Below, piece by piece: positions 9,330-17,735 of a DNA stretch of 64,000 nucleotides. Position numbers and translations under genes: made by a program. The notes under the pieces were generated by a model. It was given only the letters and a program-made list of their open reading frames with translations. It did no database searches and was not told the origin of the DNA. This stretch comes from Vicinamibacteria bacterium (GTDB lineage: Bacteria; Acidobacteriota; Vicinamibacteria; Fen-336), in NCBI GenBank assembly GCA_023701125.1, contig JAMPXO010000003.1, forward strand, positions 32,391 to 96,390, written 5' to 3'. The stretch's first letter is position 1; every line of letters begins with the position of its first letter.

Positions 9330-10475
9330 CTACAGGCGCCGCAGCGCCGTCGCGACCTCGAGGCGCATCGCGGCCAGGGCCGGCGCGAAGCCGGCGAACA
9401 GCCCGACGGCGACGGACAGGCCGAGCGCGGCCAGCAGGCCGGCGTCGGGCAGGTAGAACACGGGCAACATGCCGCCGGTGGGATCGCCCGCCAGCGTGAA
9501 CGCCTTGGCCAGCCCCGCGCCCAGCGCCCCGCCCATCACGGCGATCGCCAGCGACTCGGCCAGCACCAGGCCCAGCACGAAGCGGTCGCCGTAGCCGATC
9601 GCCTTCAGCACCGCGAGCTCGGACGTGCGCTCGCGCACGGCGCCGGCCATCGTGTTGCCGGTGACCAGCAGCAATGTGAAGACCACGACCGAGCCCACCG
9701 CCAGCATCAGCGTCTCGATGTTGCCCATCTGCTTGACGAACGAGGCGGCCATCGCCTTCTCGCTCTGGGCCCGCGTCTCCCACGCCGAGTTCGCGAAGCG
9801 CTCGTCGATGCGGCGGCAGATCTCGACCATGTCGGCGCCGGCCGCCATCCGCACGGAGTACCAGCCGACGTACCCCTCGGGGTAGCCGTCCGGCAGGTTC
9901 TCGTTCAGGTAGTCCCAGCGGAACCAGAACTGGGTCAGGTCGTCGTTGGCCTTGGTGCCCTCGTAGATGCCGACCAGCAGGAAATTCCACTCGCCCGCGA
10001 AGATCGCGCCCTGGATCGGGATCCGGTCGCCGACCTTCCAGCCGAAGCGTCTCGCGAGCGCCGCGCCCGCGATCGCGGCCGTGCGGTCGGACTGGAAGGA
10101 CTGCCAGGCCGCGTCGTCGATCCGGAACTCCCTGTACATCTCGCGGTAGGTGTCCTTGTCGACCGCGAACTGCGGGAAGAAGTTCTTCGGGTCCTGGTAG
10201 ACGCCGCCGAACCAGTTCGCGTAGCTGACCGCCTGCACGCCGGGGACCTTCAGGATCTGGTCGCGGTAGGCGAGCGGCAACGGCTGGATCAGCGACGTGC
10301 GGTTGGTGACGAAGATGCGGTCGGCACCGGCGGCGTCCACGCCCTGGTTGAACGAGGCGCGGATCGTGACCAGGATGCAGAACAGGAACAGCGCGATCGC
10401 GAACGAGGCCGCCGTGAGCGCGGTGCGCGCTTTCTTGCGCAGCAGGTTGGCCAGGACCAGGGGCAGGAAGCGCAC
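9330..10475 (-). CDS. ABC transporter permease, FtsX/MacB type
   Basis: MRFLPLVLANLLRKKARTALT N-terminus and ERTSELAVLKAIGYG FtsX core. 5 nt upstream of the next permease. Confidence 0.85.
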   Translation of the reverse strand: MRFLPLVLANLLRKKARTALTAASFAIALFLFCILVTIRASFNQGVDAAGADRIFVTNRTSLIQPLPLAYRDQILKVPGVQAVSYANWFGGVYQDPKNFFPQFAVDKDTYREMYREFRIDDAAWQSFQSDRTAAIAGAALARRFGWKVGDRIPIQGAIFAGEWNFLLVGIYEGTKANDDLTQFWFRWDYLNENLPDGYPEGYVGWYSVRMAAGADMVEICRRIDERFANSAWETRAQSEKAMAASFVKQMGNIETLMLAVGSVVVFTLLLVTGNTMAGAVRERTSELAVLKAIGYGDRFVLGLVLAESLAIAVMGGALGAGLAKAFTLAGDPTGGMLPVFYLPDAGLLAALGLSVAVGLFAGFAPALAAMRLEVATALRRL

Positions 10476-10479
10476 GGCG

Positions 10480-11217
10480 CTACGAAAGCTCCCCCTTGTC
10501 GAGGTGGAAGGTGACCTGGGCGCGGGCGGCGGCCCGTGGGTCGTGGGTCACCATCAGCACCGTCTTGCCGAAATCGCCCACCAGGTGGTGGAGCATGTCG
10601 AGGATCTCGTCCGCGCTGTGGCGGTCGAGGTCACCCGTCGGCTCGTCGCACAGCAGGAAGGTCGGGTCGCCGACGATCGCACGCGCGATGGCGACCCGCT
10701 GCTGCTGGCCGCCGGAGAGCTCGCGTGGCTTGTGGTCCATGCGGTCGTCGAGACCGACGACCCGCAGCGCGGTCGCCACCCGCTCGCGCCGCTCGGCCTT
10801 CGACAGCGGCAGCAGCAGCAGCGGCAGCTCGACGTTGCGGAAGGCCGACAGCACCGGGATCAGGTTGTACATCTGGAACACGAAGCCGACGTGGCGCGCC
10901 CGCCACGTCGTCAGCTTCGACCGCGAGAGCGACGTGATCGGGTCGCCGGCCACGCGGATGATCCCGGCCGACGGCACGTCGAGCCCGCCGATCAGGTTCA
11001 GCAGCGTGCTCTTGCCGGAGCCGGAGGGCCCCATCAGGGCGACGAACTCGCCGCGGTCGACGTCGAGGTTGACGTCCGTGAGGACGTGCAGGTCTTCGCT
11101 GCCGCGCCTGTAGTTCTTGGCGACGCCACGCAGACAGATCAGCGCTTCCGAGGGGGCCGTCGCTCCTACCCGGGCCATGATGGCGCTCATGCTACCGCCG
11201 CCCGAAAGAGCTTGCAT
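10480..11217 (-). CDS. ABC transporter ATP-binding protein (MacB/LolD-like)
   Basis: Walker A GPSGSGKST, signature LSGGQQQRVAIARA, Walker B LLCDEPTG. The start is ambiguous: ATG at 11217, 11190 or 11178. Confidence 0.9.
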   Translation of the reverse strand: MQALSGGGSMSAIMARVGATAPSEALICLRGVAKNYRRGSEDLHVLTDVNLDVDRGEFVALMGPSGSGKSTLLNLIGGLDVPSAGIIRVAGDPITSLSRSKLTTWRARHVGFVFQMYNLIPVLSAFRNVELPLLLLPLSKAERRERVATALRVVGLDDRMDHKPRELSGGQQQRVAIARAIVGDPTFLLCDEPTGDLDRHSADEILDMLHHLVGDFGKTVLMVTHDPRAAARAQVTFHLDKGELS

Positions 11218-11276
11218 TCCAGCCGCCGCGGGCCCATCTTGAAGGTGTAGGACACGAGGGTAGATGCTCGGAGGTC

Positions 11277-11396
11277 AAGTGACCATGGAGGGTCCCCCCG
11301 ACCACGATGGGCCCCGCGGAGGACGGCGGGGCCGGTAAAGAGGCGTAGCAGACCGGGTTCGTTGGGTTTCGTCCTCACCCGGTGTTTCGGTCACTT
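11277..11396 (+). promoter_or_regulatory. candidate structured RNA element (three-way junction with loop-loop complementarity); strand unresolved
   Basis: Closing helix aagtgacc (11277-84) / ggtcactt (11389-96). Hairpin ggccccgc/gcggggcc (11310-17/11326-33). Hairpin accgggt/acccggt (11352-58/11377-83). Loop gaggacg (11319-25) is complementary to loop cgtcctc (11370-76). Confidence 0.3.
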
Positions 11397-11441
11397 CAAA
11401 ACCCCCACCACCCGGGTGGGGCGCGAGAAGGAAGCCTCGCT

Positions 11442-11480
11442 GGCCCGGCAGCTGACGTCGCTGCCGGGCCTCTTTCGTCT
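11442..11480 (+). terminator. intrinsic-terminator-like hairpin upstream of btpA
   Basis: 11-bp stem ggcccggcagc / gctgccgggcc with a 7-nt loop, followed by tctttcgtctc. Confidence 0.45.
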
Positions 11481-11507
11481 CGGGCGCTGTGCTAACTTCC
11501 GCCGCGG

Positions 11508-12317
11508 ATGGACCAGCGCGGCGTCGTTCCAGCGCTCTTCGGCGTGCCTCGCGCCCTGATCGGCATGATCCACGCGGGCGCTCTGCCCGGCTCTCCCCTC
11601 TCCGCCGATCCCGTCGACGCCCTCTGCGCCCACGCCGTGGCCGAGGCGCGGGTGCTGGCCGCGGCCGGCTTCCACGGCCTGCTGCTCGAAAACATGCACG
11701 ACCGACCCTACGTGCGTGGCCAGGCCGCGGCCGAGACGGTCGCCGCGATGGCCGTGATCGCGCGCGAGGTCCGGCGCGAGGTGGCGCTGCCGCTGGGCCT
11801 GCAGGTGCTGGCCGGCGCCAACCGTGAGGCGATCGCGATCGCCCACGCGAGCGGGGCCTGTTTCGTGCGCGTCGAGGGCTTCGTCTTCGCCCACGTCGGC
11901 GACGAGGGCGTGCACGAGTCGGATGCGGCCGCCCTGTTGCGCCACAGGCGGGCGATCGGCGCCGGCGAGGTCCGCGTCTTCGCGGACATCAAGAAGAAGC
12001 ACTCCGCACACGCCATCACCGCGGACGTGTCGCTGGTCGAGACCGCCCGCGCCGCGGAGTTCTTCCTCGCCGACGGCGTGATCGTGACCGGCAGCGCCAC
12101 CGGCGACCCGGCCGACGCCCGCGCGGTGGCCGAGGTCGCCGCCGCCACCGGCCTGCCCACGCTGGTCGGCTCCGGCGTGGACCCTCACAACGTCGCCAGT
12201 TACCGGGCGGCGGACGCGCTGATCGTCGGCTCCTCCCTGAAGAAGGGCGGCCACTGGACCGGGTCGCTGGACGAGGCGCGCTGTGTCGCCGTCTCCCGCG
12301 CCTTCCGGGCCAGCTAG
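11508..12317 (+). CDS. BtpA/SgcQ-family TIM-barrel protein
   Basis: LIGMIHAGALPGSP and GFHGLLLENMHD motifs characteristic of the BtpA family. 269 aa. Confidence 0.75.
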   Translation: MDQRGVVPALFGVPRALIGMIHAGALPGSPLSADPVDALCAHAVAEARVLAAAGFHGLLLENMHDRPYVRGQAAAETVAAMAVIAREVRREVALPLGLQVLAGANREAIAIAHASGACFVRVEGFVFAHVGDEGVHESDAAALLRHRRAIGAGEVRVFADIKKKHSAHAITADVSLVETARAAEFFLADGVIVTGSATGDPADARAVAEVAAATGLPTLVGSGVDPHNVASYRAADALIVGSSLKKGGHWTGSLDEARCVAVSRAFRAS

Positions 12318-12326
12318 GAACTCCCC

Positions 12327-13253
12327 GTGACCGCTCCGGACCTCGTCCTGCTCGGCAACCTGCTGGTCGACGACGTCGTGCTGCCGGACGGTCGCACGCG
12401 GATGGCCGAAGCCGGCGGCTCCGTCCTCTACGGTGCGCTCGCCGCTCGCCTGTGGCAGACCCCGGTCGGCCTCGCGACCGTGCGCGGCAGCGACTACCCG
12501 CAGCCCGTGCTGGACGCGCTGCGCTCGCGCGGCGTGGATTTCGAAGGCGTGCGCGAGCTCGGCCGCGAGGGCCTCCGCACCTGGCTGCTCTACGAGGGCA
12601 AGCGCCGCCAGGTGCTGCACCGCCTCGACCGCCCCACCCACGCCGAGGTCTCGCCCACCCCGGGCTCGCTGCCCGAGCGCTACCAACACTCGCGCGCCTT
12701 CCACCTCGGGCCGATGCCGTTCGAGGTCCAGCGCGAGCTGGTGCTCGAGCTGTCCACGCTGCCGGGGGCGATGCTCTCGCTCGACCCGTTCCGGCCGCTG
12801 CGGCCGGATACGCTCGACGCCTGGCAGCCGATCTTCGCCCGCATCGACATGCTGTTCCTCAGCGAGGACGAGATGCAGTTGCCGGGGGCGGTCCAGCGGC
12901 CCGAGGACGTGCTGCGCTCGCTGCGCGGCGGTCGCCTGCGCCACGTGTTCTACAAGCGTGGCGCGCAGGGCGGCCTGGCCTACGACGTGGCGCGCGACCG
13001 GATCGACGCGTGGGGGGGCCGCGCGCCGGAGTACGCGGACGCCACCGGTGCCGGCGACGCCTTCGCCTCGGGTGTGATCAGCGGCCTGCTCCGCGGCGAA
13101 CCGACCGCGCGGGCCGTGGCCCGCGGCATCGTGGGCGCGAGCTTCGCGATCTCGAGCTGGGGCATCGACGGCCTGCTGGAGACTGGCGCAGAGGAGGCCG
13201 AAGGCCGGCTCGCGAACTGGTTCGCGCAGGGCGGAGCGTGGGCGGAGGCGTGA
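12327..13253 (+). CDS. PfkB-family carbohydrate/nucleoside kinase (pseudouridine-kinase-like by context)
   Basis: PfkB signature DATGAGDAFASG. Its stop overlaps the psuG start (GTGA). Confidence 0.8.
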   Translation: MTAPDLVLLGNLLVDDVVLPDGRTRMAEAGGSVLYGALAARLWQTPVGLATVRGSDYPQPVLDALRSRGVDFEGVRELGREGLRTWLLYEGKRRQVLHRLDRPTHAEVSPTPGSLPERYQHSRAFHLGPMPFEVQRELVLELSTLPGAMLSLDPFRPLRPDTLDAWQPIFARIDMLFLSEDEMQLPGAVQRPEDVLRSLRGGRLRHVFYKRGAQGGLAYDVARDRIDAWGGRAPEYADATGAGDAFASGVISGLLRGEPTARAVARGIVGASFAISSWGIDGLLETGAEEAEGRLANWFAQGGAWAEA

Positions 13254-14167
13254 TTCGCGGCCGCCTCCGGATCGCGCCCGCGATCGCGGCGGCCCTGCGC
13301 GCCGACCGTCCCGTGGTCGCGCTGGAGACCACCCTCGTCACCCACGGGCTGCCCGCTCCGGAGGGGGTCGCCACGGCCCGGCAGATGGAGGCCGAGGTCC
13401 GCGACGCGGGCGCCGTGCCCGCGACCATCGGCGTCCTGGACGGCGCGATCGTGGTCGGCCTCGAGGACGTGCAGCTCGATGCGCTCTCCGCCCCGGGGGC
13501 CGTCAAGCTCAACCTCTCGAACCTGGCGGCGGCCCTCGCCCGCGGTCAGCGCGGGTCCACGACCGTGGCGGCCACGGCGTGGTGCGCGTCGCTCGCCGGC
13601 ATCCGGGTCTTCGCGACCGGCGGCATCGGCGGCGTTCATCGTGGATTCGCCGATCGCGGAGACGTCTCTGCGGACCTCGAGGCGCTGGCCCGCTTCGCCG
13701 TGGTCGTGGTCTCGGCCGGGGCCAAGGCCGTGCTCGACCTCCCCCGCACCCGCGAGCTGCTGGAGACGCTCGGCGTGCCCGTCTACGGCTTCGGCACCGA
13801 CACCTGGCCCGCGTTCTACCGCCGTGGCAGCGCGCTGGCCGTCGACGCCCGCTTCGACGACCCCACGGCCCTCGCGGCCGCGGCCGCCGCCCACTTCGAA
13901 CTCGGCGGCGGTGGCGTGCTGGTCGGCAACCCGATCCCGATGGAGCACGAGCTCCCCGCCGAGGTCGAGCGCGAGGCGATCGCCGCAGCGCTGGCCGACG
14001 CGGAAGCCTCGGCCGTGGCCGGGCGCGACCTCACCCCGTTCCTGCTCGATCGCTTGCGCGTGGCGACCGCGGGGCGCAGCGTCGTCAGCAACGTGGCGCT
14101 GCTGCGGAACAACGCGCGCCTCGCCGGGCGAATCGCTGCCGCGCTACCTCCGCGACCGCGCGAATAA
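13250..14167 (+). CDS. psuG: pseudouridine-5'-phosphate glycosidase (IndA family)
   Basis: GTG 13250 is in frame in ORF 12452..14167. Motifs VVALETTLVTHGLP, FATGGIGGVHRG and VVSAGAKAVLDLPRTRELLETLGVPV. Confidence 0.85.
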   Translation: MIRGRLRIAPAIAAALRADRPVVALETTLVTHGLPAPEGVATARQMEAEVRDAGAVPATIGVLDGAIVVGLEDVQLDALSAPGAVKLNLSNLAAALARGQRGSTTVAATAWCASLAGIRVFATGGIGGVHRGFADRGDVSADLEALARFAVVVVSAGAKAVLDLPRTRELLETLGVPVYGFGTDTWPAFYRRGSALAVDARFDDPTALAAAAAAHFELGGGGVLVGNPIPMEHELPAEVEREAIAAALADAEASAVAGRDLTPFLLDRLRVATAGRSVVSNVALLRNNARLAGRIAAALPPRPRE

Positions 14168-14659
14168 CGAGCGCAGGGGCACGCGGGCCAGCGGCCCGTC
14201 GAAGGCCTCCTGCAGGGCGCGCAGTCGCTCCTCCCACGGGCCGAGGGTCCAGCAGCGATCCGGCGGCAACTCCGTCAACGGGGGCCCGGTCTCGTCGTTG
14301 AGCGGGCAGATGTCCCGCTGCTCGACCACGGTGCCGGGGTCCGCCTCGTCTTCCTCGACCCAGCGCAGCGGCAGCCCCTGGGTGCGGCAGACGTAGGGGC
14401 GCAGCGCGTAGACGCGGCAGGCGCCGTCGGCGTCGAGGAAAGCACAGGTGCCCTCGGGCCCCGGCTCGCCTTCCGCCAGCAGCTCCGGCGCGCCGGCGCG
14501 GATGCGCTCGGCCTCGACGGCGAAGACCGTGATGCCGTCGACGCAACACGACGAACAGCCGCGACCGCAGCGCAGCCGCGATCCGTGCGCGGCAGCGACC
14601 CGATTCGCGGCGGCGTCCACCGCGGCGTGGAAGGCCTCGACGTCAGCCGTGCGGTTCAC
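14144..14659 (-). CDS. YkgJ-family (UPF0153) cysteine-cluster protein
   Basis: GTG 14659 overlaps the upstream stop (GTGA). CxxxCxxCC motif CGRGCSSCC plus CAFLDADGACRVYALRPYVCR. Confidence 0.75.
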   Translation of the reverse strand: MNRTADVEAFHAAVDAAANRVAAAHGSRLRCGRGCSSCCVDGITVFAVEAERIRAGAPELLAEGEPGPEGTCAFLDADGACRVYALRPYVCRTQGLPLRWVEEDEADPGTVVEQRDICPLNDETGPPLTELPPDRCWTLGPWEERLRALQEAFDGPLARVPLRSLFARSRR

Positions 14660-15615
14660 GCTCCGCCCGGGCGGCCCTCGGGCGCGTAGATCAGGCCGAT
14701 GTGGTACGTCCCGTCCGGCACGTCCAGCACGGCCCCGCCGAGCGCATCGAGCCGGAGATCGAAGAGGGTCGTCGACGATTCCTGCGGGACCAGCCGCAAC
14801 ACGACGTCGCGCAGGTGGGTCAGGCCCGGGATGTGAACCTGGATGATCCAGCTCTCGTCGCCCAGCATCTGCTCGCGCAGGCAACGCAACGGACCGTAGT
14901 CGCCCAGGTGCGGCAGGTCGCCCGGCACGCGCAGCCGCGGCGTCGAGTAGCCGAGCTTGTCCTTCAGGTAGTTCTGGACGCTGACCTCGACCTCCATCAG
15001 CCGGTACAGGGCGCGCGCGATCTTGTTGCGCTGGATGATCGAGAGCAGTTGTGTCGAGATGATGCCCGCGGCCATCGCGTAGTCGCCGACCACGATGAAG
15101 CCCGCCATCTGGTCGATGCTGCGGAACACGAGGTCGCTCTCCGACGGGGCGAGCTTGACGTCGGAGATCTCGATCAGCACCTTCTCCATCTCGCGCAGCG
15201 CCATCCGACCGTCGGCGCGCTGGGTGTCGCTCGCGCCGAAGTCGTTCCAGGCCACGTGCAACAGGGTCGGCGCCAGGCGGAAGAAGAAGCGCTTGATCAG
15301 GCCGGCGCCTTCGACGGAGAGGGCCGGGACCAGGGTCTGGACGAAGACGACGAAGGCTTCGACGGCCTGGGCGGCGCCGCTGCCCCGGGCCTCGCGGCAG
15401 ATCTCGATCAGCAGGTTGGTGCGCTCGGCGAAGCTCGTCGCGGGCAGCGCGACGAACGCCTCCTCGTCGAGCGGCGTCTCGCCCGGGCCGCCGAGAAAGG
15501 CCTGCCAGCGAACCTGCAGCCCGCTGGTCTCGGCCCCGAAGCCGCCCGGCCCCTGGCCCTCGGCCAGTTCCTCGAGTTCGGTGAGGAACTGGTCGTCGAA
15601 GAACTCGTCGCTCAC
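14656..15615 (-). CDS. hypothetical cytoplasmic protein (acidic N-terminus, no family recognised)
   Basis: 319-aa ORF with normal composition, translationally coupled to ykgJ. MSDEFFDDQFLTELEELAEG... Confidence 0.6.
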   Translation of the reverse strand: MSDEFFDDQFLTELEELAEGQGPGGFGAETSGLQVRWQAFLGGPGETPLDEEAFVALPATSFAERTNLLIEICREARGSGAAQAVEAFVVFVQTLVPALSVEGAGLIKRFFFRLAPTLLHVAWNDFGASDTQRADGRMALREMEKVLIEISDVKLAPSESDLVFRSIDQMAGFIVVGDYAMAAGIISTQLLSIIQRNKIARALYRLMEVEVSVQNYLKDKLGYSTPRLRVPGDLPHLGDYGPLRCLREQMLGDESWIIQVHIPGLTHLRDVVLRLVPQESSTTLFDLRLDALGGAVLDVPDGTYHIGLIYAPEGRPGGA

Positions 15616-15642
15616 GCGGCTATAGGTTACGGCCTTTCCACG

Positions 15643-16257
15643 TCAGGAGCCGAGCACGTGGCGGACCGCCTGCACGAGCCAGACCACGCCGACGACGCGG
15701 AACAGCCAGACCACCGTGAGGCTGCCGACCAGGGCCTGGATGTGGAGCGGGAGCGGCGAGCGGGCGTGGGTCGGCGCCGGACAGCCCGGGCCGAAGAGCG
15801 AGAGCGGGAGCACGCTGAGCGCGACACTGCCCTGGAACAGGGCGACGGCGTCGGAGTAGCGCTCCGACGGGAGAGCGCCCGCAACGACGGCCACGCCCAC
15901 GGCCAGCAGGACGAGCAGCGAGCCGAGGATTCCGGCCTTCAGCAAGGCAGCCCGGCGCTCCGCCCAGCCGACGAAGGCCAGCAGCGGCGTGGCGTGAAGC
16001 GGGCATGCGCTCCAGGCCGCCGCGCCGAGGGGGTCGGAGACCGCGACCCGCTCGACGGCGGAGTTGGCGCCGCACCACAGGCAGCGCTTCGCCGCCCGCG
16101 CGATGACCCAGGGCCGAGCGTACGAACGGTGGCTCGCCATCACCGCGACGCCCAGGCCGAGCGAAAGGCCGAGGCCCAGCGAGGCCCGCACGAACAACAC
16201 GAGGACCAGCGGGACCGGCAGGAACAGCAACGCCCCGATCCAGCGCTCCGCGTTCAT
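15643..16257 (-). CDS. hypothetical polytopic membrane protein with CxxC...C..H cluster
   Basis: ATG 16257 overlaps the upstream stop (ATGA). Several hydrophobic segments. Motif CLWCGANSAVERVAVSDPLGAAAWSACPLH. Confidence 0.6.
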   Translation of the reverse strand: MNAERWIGALLFLPVPLVLVLFVRASLGLGLSLGLGVAVMASHRSYARPWVIARAAKRCLWCGANSAVERVAVSDPLGAAAWSACPLHATPLLAFVGWAERRAALLKAGILGSLLVLLAVGVAVVAGALPSERYSDAVALFQGSVALSVLPLSLFGPGCPAPTHARSPLPLHIQALVGSLTVVWLFRVVGVVWLVQAVRHVLGS

Positions 16258-17726
16258 GCGCCCGGTGCTGCCGCGCGCTTTCGCAGCTCCTCGAGGATCG
16301 CCTCGAACTCCGCGTCGCCGCGCAGCGACGCGAGCTCGGGGTCCTCGGCCAGGGGTACCATCGGACGCGGGACGCCCTTCTCCAGCGCCTTGCGCAGCGC
16401 CGCGATCGCCTCGGCCTTGCGGCCGGCGAGAGCGTGAGCTCGAGCCTGGTTGACCAGCGGCCCGGGCGACTCCGGGTCGATCACCGCGGCCAGCTCCGCC
16501 GACACCATGGCGTTGACCAGCAGGCCGCGCTCGCGCAGGGTGCGCGGGACGTAGGAGTTCGCCTGGGCCATGATCGCGCTCAGGCGCCGGGTCGCGGACA
16601 GCGCCGTGATGCGATCGGCCGCCTCCAGTTGCTGCCGGAGCTGGACGACGTCGAGCTGCTGCACGAGCTGGGCGAGCGGGGGCGGCGGGGTCTGGCCCAG
16701 GCTGGCGATCGTGCGCATCGCCTTCTCGGTCCACTCCTGGTCGCGCTTCACCTGCGCCCGCTCGCGCTCCAGCTCCTTGCGCGCCGCGGTCCCGAGCCGC
16801 TCGGCCTCCTTGACGGCCGCGGTCGAGCCGCCGAAGCCGGCCAGGTCGTCGGCCAGCGCTTCCCACGTCCGCAGCGCCTCGCCGACCCGCCCCTCCTGCT
16901 CGTATCGCGCAGCCCGCGCCGACACGGACGCCCGGTAGCGATCGGCCACCTTCGGATCGGTCGGCGTGCGGTCCTCGGCCATCGCCTGGAGGGCCATCCA
17001 GTCGAGCGCCTCCAGGGCCAGCCCGGAAGGCAGCCATTGGTGACCACCTTCGAACGAGACGATCCGGGACGGCGTGTGCGAAGCCCGGAGCTGCTGCTCC
17101 AGTTGTCGCATCTCGGTGTAGTTGAAGTCCGTCTCCCCCATCGCCCCGTACAACGCGAAGGGCTGCTTGAGCCGGGCGTCGGCCTCGGGCGGCAGGCCCG
17201 CGCCGACCGCGATCACCCCGGCCAGGCCGCCCTTGAGCACTGCGCCGACGCGGGCCGAGAGCCGAGCGCCGCCGGAGAAGCCGCCGGCGTAGAGCCGGCG
17301 CGGGTCCAGGCTGAGCCGCGAGTAGGCGTCCGCCCAGGTCGCCATCACCGCCTCGTTGTTGGGCGCCCTGGGGTCGTCGCTGCGGGTGTCGTTGGAAGAC
17401 ACGAGGATCATGCCGTGCAGCGCAGCGGCTTCCTTGAAGAGTGCCGCGGCCAGCGGGCCGCGCTCGCGCGGGTCGAACAGGAACAGCGCCGGCCACTTCC
17501 TGGCCGGGTCGTAGTCGGCAGGCAGGTACAGCGCGTAGCTGAAGCGCGGCTCCGCGGCGCACTCGACCTTCGGCGTGATCGCGCCGCGCACGACCGAAAG
17601 CGGCGCGGCCGTCGGGCTCGCGGCGGCGGTCGGCGGAGGGGGTGGCGGCGGGGTCTGCGCTGCGGTGGACACGGCGAGCAGGAAGCCGAAGAGCGACGTC
17701 GAACGATGTCTCACGCCTGGCACCAA
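16254..17726 (-). CDS. secreted alpha/beta-hydrolase (esterase/depolymerase-like) fused to a helical TPR-like C-terminal domain
   Basis: Signal-like RHRSTSLFGFLLAVSTAAQ followed by a poly-Pro linker. GGFSGGA nucleophile-elbow-like motif. The C-terminal half is helical-repeat-like. The likely true start is GTG 17714. Confidence 0.65.
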   Translation of the reverse strand: MVPGVRHRSTSLFGFLLAVSTAAQTPPPPPPPTAAASPTAAPLSVVRGAITPKVECAAEPRFSYALYLPADYDPARKWPALFLFDPRERGPLAAALFKEAAALHGMILVSSNDTRSDDPRAPNNEAVMATWADAYSRLSLDPRRLYAGGFSGGARLSARVGAVLKGGLAGVIAVGAGLPPEADARLKQPFALYGAMGETDFNYTEMRQLEQQLRASHTPSRIVSFEGGHQWLPSGLALEALDWMALQAMAEDRTPTDPKVADRYRASVSARAARYEQEGRVGEALRTWEALADDLAGFGGSTAAVKEAERLGTAARKELERERAQVKRDQEWTEKAMRTIASLGQTPPPPLAQLVQQLDVVQLRQQLEAADRITALSATRRLSAIMAQANSYVPRTLRERGLLVNAMVSAELAAVIDPESPGPLVNQARAHALAGRKAEAIAALRKALEKGVPRPMVPLAEDPELASLRGDAEFEAILEELRKRAAAPGA

Positions 17727-17735
17727 GACCCGCGC

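Noticed and set aside
11187-11559. Small ORFs 11187..11378 (minus, 63 aa) and 11362..11559 (plus, 65 aa) in the long intergenic region
   Set aside because: No ribosome-binding sites, and odd Arg/Gly-rich composition. They overlap the proposed RNA helices and the btpA start, so non-coding structure explains the region better.
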